Source: a virus
DNA: 64,000 bases
IMG/VR virus record: IMGVR_UViG_3300020411_000003
Direction: 5' to 3' (one strand)
Within the stretch, counting starts at the first letter, position 1; each line of letters starts with the position of its first letter. This document shows, in pieces, positions 20,801-28,382 of the stretch. The position numbers and the translations under genes are program-made. Below the pieces are notes generated by a model, which was not told the DNA's origin, did no database searches, and was given only the letters and a program-made list of their open reading frames with translations.

Positions 20801-23452
20801 ATTGATTAATAATGCTTTAGTCTCTTGAGACTCTATAGATGCTACTGTCTTACCTTTAACAGAAGATACTTCCGCAGTAACGCCTTTACCTTCAGTTCCT
20901 TTATTATTAATCTCTAATTGAGATCCAACTGAGAATGTTGAGACACTGGATACTACATTAGCACCAGATATCGTACCTCTTGTGACTTCATCTACTATAA
21001 GTGTAGTTTTATCACCATTCTTAGCAATATCAGCAGTTCTTAAGCGAGTAGCTGTTTTAGGTATATCGGTGTGACTTAGTGATTGTACGTAGTTAGAATC
21101 TCTAGGAACTGCGTAGTAATTGTCACCTATGATATAAGGGAATACAGGATCGTTGCTATCATTAACAGTTATGAAGTAAGCATAGACACCATTAGGATAC
21201 TCAGGTGTTAAGCAATAACGACCATTGTTCTGATCTAGTGTTCCTGACTTATGTGTATACTTGTAATCCTCAAAGAATGTACCTAATGAGTACGCAGCCT
21301 TGGAAGGTCCTTGCGATCTTCCCAAATTCAATGAGTAACTAGAAGTCATCCGACTGATAGTACTCGTGCTATCTAGTGGGTTGCTATATCCGTAAGCACC
21401 ATAGATAGGGTTCCCATCATAAGCATACCCCAGAATAGGACTATGGTTTGTACCATCGTCGCCACTACGCAATGCAGAAGGAACAGGATTTGTTTGAGTT
21501 AACTTATACCTATCCTTAGTCCATGTGCGAATAGTCGCAACGGCCTGGGCGCCCGCACCAACAGGAATAATATCGATACGAATATTACCATTGGTATAAC
21601 CACTACCAGGAGTTACTAGGTCACATGCAGTGAGTTCACCATTATTTGATACTTGTGCCTTATACTCCGCAAATCTTCCTTTACCTGCTAAGTCTAAAAT
21701 TCTAATAACTGGAGGTGAGGAGTAATATTCACCTGGATCCGTTACCACCATACTGGTGATAGCACCATTGGTTATAACTGGAGTAACTACTGCACCTCTA
21801 CCAGAAGTAATCTCTACAGTGGGTGTAGAGGTGTACAACATTGGTGTATCAATAATAACTGATTCGACTACCTGACCTGCTAACTTTGCTCTTGCAAGGG
21901 TAGGAGAGTTGTTTATAAGAACAAAGGGTTCTCTAGCATATCCGCTACCTCTATGAGTAACGTCAATTTTCTGAATTGCACCATTGAGTACAGTATCAGT
22001 GTGCTTTACACCCATAGCAAGACTGCCATCAAGGAAAACACCAATATCTTTATTGTTACTCTTATAGATCTCAGTGGTTAGAGTAGGCAGTTTAGGGATA
22101 ATGCGTAACTGATTGTTTGGTGATGCAATATAGTAATCATCACCATCCTCAAAGATTGCGGATATGTTAGTTAGATCCCATCTGATATTATTAGAGGAAT
22201 CAAAAATCTTTACGTCTGTATTGACAAAACCAGGATCTGATATCTCAAGTCTCTCTCCTACATTAGCATAAGGACTTGAACTAGAAGGTGTAGCACTGTA
22301 TAATACACCTAAGATGAGTACAGAGTTAGTACCAACACTCGCACTAGTAGCGTCATATACCAAATCACCAACATAATGAGAAGATGCTGCTGATCTAGTC
22401 TTAATAACGAACTGATCTATAGTCTTTTCTTCAAAAGTGAAGGTTTCATTGTTGATATTGAACTTTCCTGTGTCACTCCACCCCATTGTGGAGAATACAT
22501 CAACTACAGTACTAGTATTATCGATATCCGCACTCAAAGTAGTCTTTGCGGATAATATGAACTGACCATTAACAGTTTCTTCCGCAAGTATCAATTCGTA
22601 CAAATCGACACCATCATGCCTTCCACTGAAGAGGACGTTATCTATGACCGCAGAAGCGTAGGCCCCGTCTACGTTTTGGACGATCTCTTTTCCGATAAAT
22701 GACTCTGGAGTACCAGAAAGGATTTTTGCCTTAAGAGAATAATTTTTGATCCAAGTAGACTCAGAAGACTTGATCGTTTGCTCTCTAGGGTATTTTACCT
22801 CTGGAGCAGGATCATCCTTGACCAGACATTTGAATAAAAACTTGATTGATTGAGCAGTACCCTTCGATTTATAGAAATCTGCAATATTTTTGACTAAAGT
22901 ACGCTGATCAACGCTATCATTAAGATAAGCAACAGGAAAATCAGGTAAATACTGAGATTCGAAACTCTTTATAAGTGCAAAGAGAAAAAGATTGCTAATA
23001 TTATGGACTTTTGCAGGAACAGTGTGATCTGCTGCCTGAGTAGTAACAAATGTAGACTCTTGATATAGATCTCCCAGCTGGGTGTTACCAGAGACTCCTC
23101 TACTGACCTCTAAGAACTGTGTAGAAGATTTAGACTTATAGAAACATATCTCATCATCAATGTGCAAGTAACCACTCTCAGGGAATGCACTGGTGTCCTG
23201 GACCGTTATCGACAGATCCGTTGATTGTACAAACTGGGTTAACTGTGTATTCTGTTTAAGGATACTCTCGTCATAAAAATCAATATCACGATATGTTGCA
23301 AGGTGATTTGCAATATCCAGAGGTTGACCCTGTAATTCTAATTGCTCATAGTACTTTTGTATGAACTTTCCAAACAGTTCATACTCCTCGCTGATAAACG
23401 AAGCGAGTTGATTCTCTATTAATAGTGAGGTCTTCCTTGCAGTCTTTGGCAC
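14867..23452 (-). CDS. gp7: Baseplate wedge initiator gp7 (extended cyanophage form, 2861 aa)
   Basis: Lies between gp6 and gp8. Motifs include IADFYKSKGTAQSIKFLF, HSPILGYAYDGNPIYGAYGY and YYYQDYSYVIKS...HPAGFQLFGEI. Confidence 0.88.
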   Translation of the reverse strand: MPKTARKTSLLIENQLASFISEEYELFGKFIQKYYEQLELQGQPLDIANHLATYRDIDFYDESILKQNTQLTQFVQSTDLSITVQDTSAFPESGYLHIDDEICFYKSKSSTQFLEVSRGVSGNTQLGDLYQESTFVTTQAADHTVPAKVHNISNLFLFALIKSFESQYLPDFPVAYLNDSVDQRTLVKNIADFYKSKGTAQSIKFLFKCLVKDDPAPEVKYPREQTIKSSESTWIKNYSLKAKILSGTPESFIGKEIVQNVDGAYASAVIDNVLFSGRHDGVDLYELILAEETVNGQFILSAKTTLSADIDNTSTVVDVFSTMGWSDTGKFNINNETFTFEEKTIDQFVIKTRSAASSHYVGDLVYDATSASVGTNSVLILGVLYSATPSSSSPYANVGERLEISDPGFVNTDVKIFDSSNNIRWDLTNISAIFEDGDDYYIASPNNQLRIIPKLPTLTTEIYKSNNKDIGVFLDGSLAMGVKHTDTVLNGAIQKIDVTHRGSGYAREPFVLINNSPTLARAKLAGQVVESVIIDTPMLYTSTPTVEITSGRGAVVTPVITNGAITSMVVTDPGEYYSSPPVIRILDLAGKGRFAEYKAQVSNNGELTACDLVTPGSGYTNGNIRIDIIPVGAGAQAVATIRTWTKDRYKLTQTNPVPSALRSGDDGTNHSPILGYAYDGNPIYGAYGYSNPLDSTSTISRMTSSYSLNLGRSQGPSKAAYSLGTFFEDYKYTHKSGTLDQNNGRYCLTPEYPNGVYAYFITVNDSNDPVFPYIIGDNYYAVPRDSNYVQSLSHTDIPKTATRLRTADIAKNGDKTTLIVDEVTRGTISGANVVSSVSTFSVGSQLEINNKGTEGKGVTAEVSSVKGKTVASIESQETKALLINLSNTAYLFDGDTITQSVTGATGKLVGNVFSGQQLALRDVTGVFTSTDQLYSNTTVVTLILDENSSYTKGANLAYTDGVATTIAIGEVLESTSSKNTVKVKVTTGDFVVTDDYFIRSSNLIDSVGSKLISTNSLSAGLNIFTINDHVAILKTNGSHGVGIGDTIDIDINPDDTTTTTTQYVRSRIYQEVTFEAPGATTTINDTGIGRTTILNGGEDYTAGTYLDVALKGGTGSDATADFVVDPSGSVTNVTIKNKGTGYLKFDVLTVGDADLSKTDSSTPVLQLEVDHIGFGLSETTLNVSSGIGFSDNDLIQVGDEVLEILNKTGNTFTVKRGSVPVDHFTGATVTLYVPGYTLDRGYKIGDLAGDATIQTYDPVTQKAEVVWDYNSSIDDINSITLSTIFYDTSEDKRLVTVVEVSPPIEIFEFSTDQINFARNPVLNIKEFYRYDFDVSHTSMRDREFDISPSINYNINTPEKIDTNSNVDLKLGFGPRVATNTYSTKVPLRYSKYYYFDKNGVTERETGFLNVVSDPLQGKKTALYVTSDSIVYDTGVTAPHDGSGTVTYTSQSKFSIGAIDHINIINIGSEYKKLPIVVGVQPDDSLKATATTEIVDGKIDSVTVTNAGTQYSKPKAYVDGDAVLDVVSDNGIITGILIADAGSGYTTAPEVRIVETDVKVYLSSTDIGVPRNIRIINNGGAYHNDNTLSSTIRSNYILTLSNFEDDAFKIGETIVQGDNARATVTAWRKGSNILSVKDLTGLFRENKTIKGLARGNTATLDSISYTEFTPEIKTYFDNLGSYSDDQGIVSSSNQKITDTYYYQDYSYVIKSKTSIGVWRDLIKATTHPAGFQLFGEIVIESDSNARMSPVTSSDHSTRIQLWDPEKNKITVVSTTKQISTSIIKTEQLHIEEGLGSVSRDTFSTEEIRAKQVYLNADFSGAFTDKGNLEGQTTFVLVDGNGDSVSPYNAQALTITLDGVMQEPGSAYAINGSNITFSSPPLGPRLQDGQNIPQVRFYGRWFEFKTAELNARYLKKLRNIHQRSGTWIDAANQLSMNRAYIQSETLGWIKAQYPDLTWGTLGPTCHRDIGLVVDAYEHDLRFGGNQKSILAGEAYYNNDILDFITGEIEPTIKAFEKAKDLAVKAMRNTLTAGEYTTLDPYINLNIRTGSPFTPKCADVESALDSLYENLKVTLITGPGTATTSLPDYVNNENKIFDLYYDDGEEVVTDANENLMVSIGGVVQDDRSYSIDKTTVPNKIVFTGAPIWQQRENLKTVQEPLAVDNIALHGIGNYIRCELETSGILTGSAGPFIILDSATKEVKKIDDADYAFVFIDGVLQRDTDSYSINGPAIRFTRKIFANNNVEIMLLYGRDMQQSITFHDFQPGTYYNRLELTITDTNANAFTSLYSWFNTNYDNPRYVYQKNGLLKNAIGDIKTIETLSDRSVKLVIAGNNPVFNGSEPLYFSTGDDELEVNVPSTLVFQKDEYNNYKMQRNSSAWLYDSKKADESFYVTKNLLSYLNEGDVIKIDGEDSYRDVQGLPRYVNPKDYRAGAEISSKYFGSILTTNYSGDIKGVGLSVTCTIEGGKVTSLDWNKKSLQLYYEKGIIEPTTAYGYETPPVLHFIPEDGAGGGAHAEVIVSKGQIIDIKLIHGGSGYTKEPKVSVARRYTRIKRRDRKVDSLVGLIFSTNILKQSPSSITSEIVPIKGIELIGGVVPGGPGGGGGGGGQGGGQGAGTYPVTENKPKVVSTFQLVHNIGEFNVGQEIIVSWPTSVTSAPMGSSVEIEIEKTRTIRSTALLDVNLKQQLVKYIVTGCVDNYFAYNNTYSSAVLGPTPQTFNRVSYSTVGGQLDLGDVLSTGGIPVSEYTLEEISVWNFSIEEINDAVGTQYVGNIKWNFVNPSINYYISQLNTADLPDANGAGYVATGGIVYANTTNFASSGTIFVGREKISYTGKLSDRFTGCERGVDNSPIEEHLIGEYIRNAL

Positions 23453-25257
23453 TATTCTTTAGTCGCTGTAAATTTGCTCTTTGCTACATCTACGTCAAGA
23501 TATACTTCTCTAAGTACAGTGACATCGTTAGATGCAGGTTTCACACGCAGTTCAATACGATTATCAGAAAAACTTCCTTGAATGATTGTCAAGTCATACA
23601 ACATGATCTCACCTTTGGCATAATCTATATCACCCAAAGAGTCATTTAGGACAATTTTGTCGCCTGACACTGGATCTAGTCTATATAGGACTATTTTTCC
23701 AGATCGATCCTCCAAATACGTGGTATAGTTTGGATATTCTAAGGTTATGAAACCTGTTGAAGAGACCACTGGATTATCACAATCTGTAGCAAACTCATTC
23801 TGATAACAGATCTCATAGAATGTAGATGAATTCAACTGTGCAATAAAATCTTTTCTGAGTGTGACTGAGGTTAGGTTAGATTTGATTGCTCTATCCGACT
23901 CGTCAATGACACTCACAAATTTAGAATATCTGAACTTACCATTGAATTTCTCAGTCTGAGAAGTCTTCAAATATTCTGTGATACCCTTAGCAGCATTACC
24001 TGCTACTTGTTGCGGAAGTAGTTCTGTCTTATTTCCATCAAAGAAGATTTTCGAATCTAATTCAACATAAAGAATAGAAGGATCCACCAATACTGGTCTA
24101 ATCGATCCAATAGAATACTTCTTCAGATCATTCACAATCTGATTCTTAGTATATGCAGAAAGGAATGACGCATCAGTAGGTTTGATAGCAATAAAGACCT
24201 TACCATAGTCAGGTGGTACTTGCTCCTCTCCACCAAATACAATAATATCACTAATTGCAGGATATACGTTACGTGCAATCACTTCATAGTCAGAACTTGT
24301 GACTGCTCTGTTCTGTGAAGAGAAGAACTTAGGTGCAAGATACTTGATCTTATCAACACTCTCAATATCCTCTCCACCTTCTGCTTTCTGTAAAGTTGTG
24401 ATTCCACTGACACTGAAAGGAACCGTTAATGTACCTCCACCATCGTCTAGAACGCCACCAAACGTAAATGTCTTAGCACCATTAACATCTTTGCCGTGAG
24501 TGACCACATAGGAGATCTCAACGACGTTTCCGTTATCTAGTGATTTACCTAATACACCATCTCCAAAGATAATCTCATAAGACTCATCTTCAATCTCATT
24601 CACAAAATAGATTAATGAATCAGCATTCACACCAGGATCTAGAATATTATCTGCTTTCTTCCACTCCTCGAAGTCTGTGCTGTTTGAGCTATTGTATACT
24701 TTTATCGTTAAAGTGTTGATATCTGCCTTACTATTCTCAATTTTGAACTTCTGTCCTTTTAAGGCTGTGGAAAACGCCGTTCTAGTTGTGATTAACGTAC
24801 CCTCAACTATCTGGATATCCTCAAATTGTGCAACACCGTTTGCGACTTCTGCCTTAAAGTCCTTTGTTGCTACAAATTGATAGTTAGTATCGTCAAAATT
24901 AGTTAAGAATCCTGTTCCTGCTTTTAGAAGAACATAATCAGGAGCGTTATTCGGAATATTAACGTTAAAACTAAGTCTCGCTGTCGATGCTGTAATTGAC
25001 TTGGGAGTATAACCTAACTGTTTCGCCAGAGACACCACATTGTCCCTCAGAGACGCAGAATCTAGAAACAGTTCATTCACTACCATATTGGTATTAAATG
25101 CTGTATAGTACGTATTATAAGCAAGTACGTCTAAAAGTTGACTCAGGGTAGATCCTTCGAAGTCATAATCGGTAAAATCTGTTTCTGCTCTCAAATAATC
25201 CTTGAGAGATGACTTTATATCTTTAAAGTCAAGATTGGCGAGTTGTGTGTAAGGCAT
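23452..25257 (-). CDS. gp6: Baseplate wedge subunit gp6
   Basis: LDFKDIK...FTDYDFEGSTLSQLLDVLAYNTYY, SQNRAVTSSDYE, YGKVFIAIKP. Confidence 0.95.
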   Translation of the reverse strand: MPYTQLANLDFKDIKSSLKDYLRAETDFTDYDFEGSTLSQLLDVLAYNTYYTAFNTNMVVNELFLDSASLRDNVVSLAKQLGYTPKSITASTARLSFNVNIPNNAPDYVLLKAGTGFLTNFDDTNYQFVATKDFKAEVANGVAQFEDIQIVEGTLITTRTAFSTALKGQKFKIENSKADINTLTIKVYNSSNSTDFEEWKKADNILDPGVNADSLIYFVNEIEDESYEIIFGDGVLGKSLDNGNVVEISYVVTHGKDVNGAKTFTFGGVLDDGGGTLTVPFSVSGITTLQKAEGGEDIESVDKIKYLAPKFFSSQNRAVTSSDYEVIARNVYPAISDIIVFGGEEQVPPDYGKVFIAIKPTDASFLSAYTKNQIVNDLKKYSIGSIRPVLVDPSILYVELDSKIFFDGNKTELLPQQVAGNAAKGITEYLKTSQTEKFNGKFRYSKFVSVIDESDRAIKSNLTSVTLRKDFIAQLNSSTFYEICYQNEFATDCDNPVVSSTGFITLEYPNYTTYLEDRSGKIVLYRLDPVSGDKIVLNDSLGDIDYAKGEIMLYDLTIIQGSFSDNRIELRVKPASNDVTVLREVYLDVDVAKSKFTATKE

Positions 25258-25655
25258 TATCGTGTACGGCTCAAGAAGAAGTCTACTGTAACAGGAGGTT
25301 GTCTAAGTCCTAAAATCTTATAACTCATCTCTACATCAAATCCATCATCGGAATGATTTGGTTCAATGGACAATGATGTAATCGCAACTCTTGGTTCATA
25401 CTCTTGTATAGAACTCATGATTGCAGACTTGATTAAACTTGCAGTAGCGTAATCTAACGGTTCAAATAAAAAACGGCGAAGACTGCTACCCAATTCGGGT
25501 TGAAACAGTCTTTCGCCTTTATTAGTTAACAAAAGTGTTGTGATAGATTGTTGAATGGCAGCAGCGTTCTTAGTAACCAACAAATCGTCAGTTACAGGAT
25601 GCTTTTTAAACGTAAGTGATAAATCCTTGAAGGATTGTGTAAACTTAGTAGCCAC
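25257..25655 (-). CDS. gp25: Baseplate wedge subunit gp25
   Basis: FKDLSLTFKKHP...AIQQSITTLLLTNKGERLFQPELGS...YEPRV. GTG start. Confidence 0.93.
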   Translation of the reverse strand: MATKFTQSFKDLSLTFKKHPVTDDLLVTKNAAAIQQSITTLLLTNKGERLFQPELGSSLRRFLFEPLDYATASLIKSAIMSSIQEYEPRVAITSLSIEPNHSDDGFDVEMSYKILGLRQPPVTVDFFLSRTR

Positions 25656-25680
25656 TCAAACAAATTAGAATACTCCAATT

Positions 25681-25688
25681 TATTTAGA
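25681..25688 (-). promoter_or_regulatory. Late promoter variant TCTAAATA upstream of gp25
   Basis: One mismatch to TATAAATA, 25 nt upstream of the gp25 start. The same variant precedes the gene at 41573. Confidence 0.55.
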
Positions 25689-25977
25689 CGCTATAAAATG
25701 TATATTTAAGGAACAACTCCTCTCCTTTCTTAATAGGTCGGATCGTCATCATATGATAGATCTTACCCCACTCCTCTTGCTTATACCCTTTTACACAGTT
25801 TGGATCATCGGAATGATTCACAAATCCCCCTAAAGGAGTTCTCATAATATCATTATCCACTACGACATGAGAAATACCCAGATAAACATTATCTGGTATA
25901 TCCTGAGTCGCAAAAAGACCTTGCCCTGCGACGGGACTGTCTTTAACATGTAGATAACTTGGTAGTGCTTGATACAT
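25684..25977 (-). CDS. Minimal SET-domain protein (putative lysine methyltransferase), 97 aa
   Basis: GQGLFATQDIP (SAM-binding GxG), GGFVNHSDDPNC (NHS motif), IKKGEELFLKY (ELxxxY). Start moved from 26145 to the ATG at 25977 because the upstream part is occupied by another gene. Confidence 0.85.
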   Translation of the reverse strand: MYQALPSYLHVKDSPVAGQGLFATQDIPDNVYLGISHVVVDNDIMRTPLGGFVNHSDDPNCVKGYKQEEWGKIYHMMTIRPIKKGEELFLKYTFYSV

Positions 25978-26023
25978 TTTAACTATTCCTTTCGGAGATT
26001 TCGGCGTTTCGGAGCACCGCCCT

Positions 26024-26170
26024 CTAACGTCCTTGACCTCGATACCTCTTAGGTGCTTTATTCCTAGAAGATGCAGAATACTTCGTATGCTGTCCTTTTC
26101 CCTGACGAGTCTTCTTCGGAATTGCTTCAACGTAGCTTCCACCACTCAAAGTTTTTTTACGGATTGCCAT
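26024..26170 (-). CDS. Small Lys/Arg-rich protein (48 aa), not in ORF track
   Basis: Manual translation MAIRKKTLSGGSYVEAIPKKTRQGKGQHTKYSASSRNKAPKRYRGQGR; 14 of 48 residues are K/R. Resembles a conserved cyanophage gene at this position (from recall, not searched). Confidence 0.8.
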   Translation of the reverse strand: MAIRKKTLSGGSYVEAIPKKTRQGKGQHTKYSASSRNKAPKRYRGQGR

Positions 26171-26209
26171 AGTAATTAACTAACTCCTTTCATTATAACA
26201 CAAGACTCG

Positions 26210-26506
26210 CTAACCGACAACCACACGGTCATATCCTCCAGTAATTGTTCCCTGACATGCAGAGTCCCCTGAACGTGCGAGTGGTTCTCCACCTACCTCG
26301 ACAGTTGAGGATCCTGCGTTTACCGCAGTGACATGTGGAACACAGTCTTTGCCAACTAGATGGGTATGTGATTCTAGGGCAGAACCTTCAACTGCTGCTG
26401 CTTTACCGCCTATCATCACAGAGTCGTCTCCAGATGCAATAGTCGTTGTACTTTCACAGGAGTGTCCAGTACTTACTTGGTCTCCTTTTCTTGCTGCTGC
26501 TGGCAT
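26210..26506 (-). CDS. gp5.4: PAAR spike-tip protein (gp5.4-like)
   Basis: PAAARKGD, AAAVEGS and PLARSGD repeats with His/Cys Zn ligands, next to gp25. Confidence 0.9.
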   Translation of the reverse strand: MPAAARKGDQVSTGHSCESTTTIASGDDSVMIGGKAAAVEGSALESHTHLVGKDCVPHVTAVNAGSSTVEVGGEPLARSGDSACQGTITGGYDRVVVG

Positions 26507-26611
26507 TCTTCTAAAGCTATTTGTACACTCTCAACATATTTACCCATAGAAAGATGTAGAGTGTTTATCGATATAGTGTCATGAATGAACAGAATATCTC
26601 TATGCATTGAT

Positions 26612-26830
26612 TCATCCACCTGTATATCTCCCTAATATATCAATCTTATTGTAGATGTCATTCAACGTCTGCGTCAATGTCCAATACTCCTTCGACATGG
26701 GTGGCTTGTACATTAATTGGAGGTTCTCTAAACTCTTCACTCTCTGTTCCAAGTTCGTCAATTTCTGCGACAACTGCTGGAGTTGCTCGTTCAACTGTTT
26801 TAGTGTCAATTGTTGCTGTGGATCCATCAT
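26612..26830 (-). CDS. Hypothetical coiled-coil protein
   Basis: Strong SD (AAGGAG) before the ATG, heptad pattern, and LMYKPP motif. Overlaps the upstream ORF in another frame. Confidence 0.65.
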   Translation of the reverse strand: MMDPQQQLTLKQLNEQLQQLSQKLTNLEQRVKSLENLQLMYKPPMSKEYWTLTQTLNDIYNKIDILGRYTGG

Positions 26831-26933
26831 CTACTCCTTGAAAGCGTTTGTTAGCAGCATTCTCAAATTCATCACAGAAATGTTCAAAATCATTCAATGC
26901 TTTCTCATAATAGTTTAAGTTCTCTTTGGTCAT
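26658..26933 (-). CDS. Hypothetical acidic protein
   Basis: MTKENLNYYEKALNDFEHFCDEFENAANKRF; ATG overlaps the upstream stop (ATGA). Confidence 0.65.
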   Translation of the reverse strand: MTKENLNYYEKALNDFEHFCDEFENAANKRFQGVDDGSTATIDTKTVERATPAVVAEIDELGTESEEFREPPINVQATHVEGVLDIDADVE

Positions 26934-27163
26934 AGTCCCATGCTCTTCCCAAAACTTGATACTGGTTTACCTCCAGACATACCTGGAAGATCCCCAATGG
27001 GGTCATTTGCTGGATCACTCTTAAACCTTGCGTCTAATTCGAATTGTTCGAATCGTTTCTCAAGATGACTGATACGGCGTTCTAGCGTTTTTTCCATATC
27101 CCCTACCCGACTCTGCAATTGCATTAACTGCATCAGGATTTCACTTGTTGTAACTCTTGCCAT
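26930..27163 (-). CDS. Hypothetical coiled-coil protein (77 aa)
   Basis: Likely start MARVTTSEIL at 27163, immediately after the stop of the upstream gene. Confidence 0.65.
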   Translation of the reverse strand: MARVTTSEILMQLMQLQSRVGDMEKTLERRISHLEKRFEQFELDARFKSDPANDPIGDLPGMSGGKPVSSFGKSMGL

Positions 27164-27165
27164 GC

Positions 27166-27351
27166 TTATAAAATGATTATAGTAATTATAACACCTTCTG
27201 CGAATGCTAACCACTGTATTTGATAGTTTGATAACCCAGTTTTCTTTTGGAACCATCGGATACTTTTCTTATGCAGCATCGCAGTTCCGATTCTTCGTTG
27301 ATTAAACCACCTCGCAACCTTCTCTGCTTTGCTTAATTCTCTATATGCCAT
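27166..27351 (-). CDS. Small membrane protein (61 aa)
   Basis: Likely start MAYRELSK at 27351, with a C-terminal hydrophobic helix WLAFAEGVIITIIIL. Confidence 0.7.
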   Translation of the reverse strand: MAYRELSKAEKVARWFNQRRIGTAMLHKKSIRWFQKKTGLSNYQIQWLAFAEGVIITIIIL

Positions 27352-27428
27352 AACGAACCTTTTTGGGGAAATTTTTGCTGGAAAATTTTTTTGGAATTCA
27401 AGGTTTTGAATTTCTAATTTTGTAATTA

Positions 27429-27436
27429 TATTTATC
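27429..27436 (-). promoter_or_regulatory. Late promoter variant GATAAATA heading the baseplate operon
   Basis: Plus strand TATTTATC, downstream of the early-region terminator and upstream of the first late-block gene. Confidence 0.55.
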
Positions 27437-27511
27437 ACGCTCTGGGAAACGTTTGTAGGTTAGAAAGGTTCCACGTTTTTCGCTCGGCAACCCCATCGGT
27501 CGGGGGATCAC

Positions 27512-27538
27512 AAAAAAACCCTGTCTCAGGGACAGGGT
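27512..27538 (-). terminator. Rho-independent terminator ending the early region
   Basis: Minus strand ACCCTGTC-CCTGA-GACAGGGT-TTTTTT: 8-bp stem plus U-tract, 12 nt after the stop at 27551. Confidence 0.85.
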
Positions 27539-27550
27539 GTGCTAGACTGT

Positions 27551-27814
27551 TTAGTAGTAGCAACCGTTGCGACTCTCGCCCCAACCGTTCCTAAAATACT
27601 CCTCACGTTCTCGATCCCTACACTGTGGGTCGCCTAGATCATCCATGACATCTTGTAAGAAATTCACGGGTGAGACTTCGACTGTGTGAGGTGCGATACC
27701 TGCACATGCTCTGTCATGCTCGGCAGTCATCTGAGCAAGGATTGATTTCATAGCAGCAATGACAACGGGGTCTTTACGTGCTGCTTCGTTTGTGATGAAG
27801 ATGTTTTGATTCAT
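27551..27814 (-). CDS. Hypothetical early protein (87 aa), probably leaderless
   Basis: ATG at 27814 is 6 nt downstream of TATAAT (27821-27826). Confidence 0.7.
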   Translation of the reverse strand: MNQNIFITNEAARKDPVVIAAMKSILAQMTAEHDRACAGIAPHTVEVSPVNFLQDVMDDLGDPQCRDREREEYFRNGWGESRNGCYY

Positions 27815-27820
27815 GCTCTT

Positions 27821-27857
27821 ATTATAGAGGATGAGGGGACGGATGCCCATCCCCTCT
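27821..27857 (-). promoter_or_regulatory. Early promoter -10 box preceded by a GC-rich hairpin
   Basis: Minus strand GAGGGGA-TGGGCATCCG-TCCCCTC-ATCCTC-TATAAT. No clear palindrome at the usual distance. Confidence 0.6.
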
Positions 27858-27863
27858 TAACAA

Positions 27864-27995
27864 TCAGTAACACAACTCGCATCGGATGCCAGCACCTTGA
27901 TAGAATGCCAACATCTCAAGTGCTTTCGCTTCGGTGCTGAAAGAAATCTTTCTAGCGTTGCGTTGGTCGTTGGGTGTCCAGTAGCGAATAGTCAT
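27864..27995 (-). CDS. Small hypothetical protein (43 aa), not in ORF track
   Basis: MTIRYWTPNDQRNARKISFSTEAKALEMLAFYQGAGIRCELCY; TAATG coupling to the upstream gene. Confidence 0.65.
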   Translation of the reverse strand: MTIRYWTPNDQRNARKISFSTEAKALEMLAFYQGAGIRCELCY

Positions 27996-28300
27996 TAATT
28001 AAAAATGGCGTTGGTTTGCACTTGTGAGATGAGAACAGATTCTTGACTGAACTGTTTCTTATATGCTGCTGCTATGCAGTTGAGTGATATCATGTGATCA
28101 TCAACCTCAGAGTCAGGGCATTCAAGATAGAAAATCTTGGTCTGTTCAAGTGTACCTTTCCAGAGACCCTCACCGTCTATGAATGTGCCATACTCGAAGT
28201 GTGGCATAATCTCACGGCGAATAAACTCATCCATCATGTAATCAGTAACTGTGCCATTGTTGGGAATGTCACGACCCATGATGAGTTCAAGTCTTTTCAA
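27995..28300 (-). CDS. DUF3574-like protein
   Basis: GRDIPNNGTV...EFIRREIMPHF...DGEGLWKG...AYKKQFSQESVL. TTG start with SD AGGAG. Confidence 0.75.
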   Translation of the reverse strand: MKRLELIMGRDIPNNGTVTDYMMDEFIRREIMPHFEYGTFIDGEGLWKGTLEQTKIFYLECPDSEVDDHMISLNCIAAAYKKQFSQESVLISQVQTNAIFN

Positions 28301-28326
28301 AAGTGCTCCTTTGTGTGTACTCTCTT

Positions 28327-28382
28327 ATTATACACAAAAAAAGACCCCGTGCTAGGGGTCTTGGGACACTTTGTGAACTGTC
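28327..28382 (-). promoter_or_regulatory. Palindrome-spacer-TATAAT early module 1
   Basis: GACAGTT-CACA-AAGTGTC, 32 nt containing hairpin AAGACCCC/GGGGTCTT plus T-tract, then TATAAT. Confidence 0.85.

Noticed and set aside
1983-24880. Many 60-130 aa plus-strand and alternate-frame ORFs inside the structural genes
   Set aside because: These are shadow ORFs of long minus-strand genes with biased codon use. They have no SD/promoter support and no recognisable motifs.
25978-26145. N-terminal extension of the SET ORF in the track
   Set aside because: Overlaps the better-supported 48-aa basic gene in another frame. SET motifs begin after the ATG at 25977.
26492-26620. Possible ~48-aa gene (GTG start; DESMHRDILFIHD...) between 26612 and PAAR
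   Set aside because: It fills a gap but has no recognisable motif and overlaps both neighbours; too weak to list as a feature.
27859-27876. Tenth full palindrome module upstream of the TATAAT at 27821
   Set aside because: The hairpin and -10 box are present, but the sequence at the 32-nt position does not match the palindrome.
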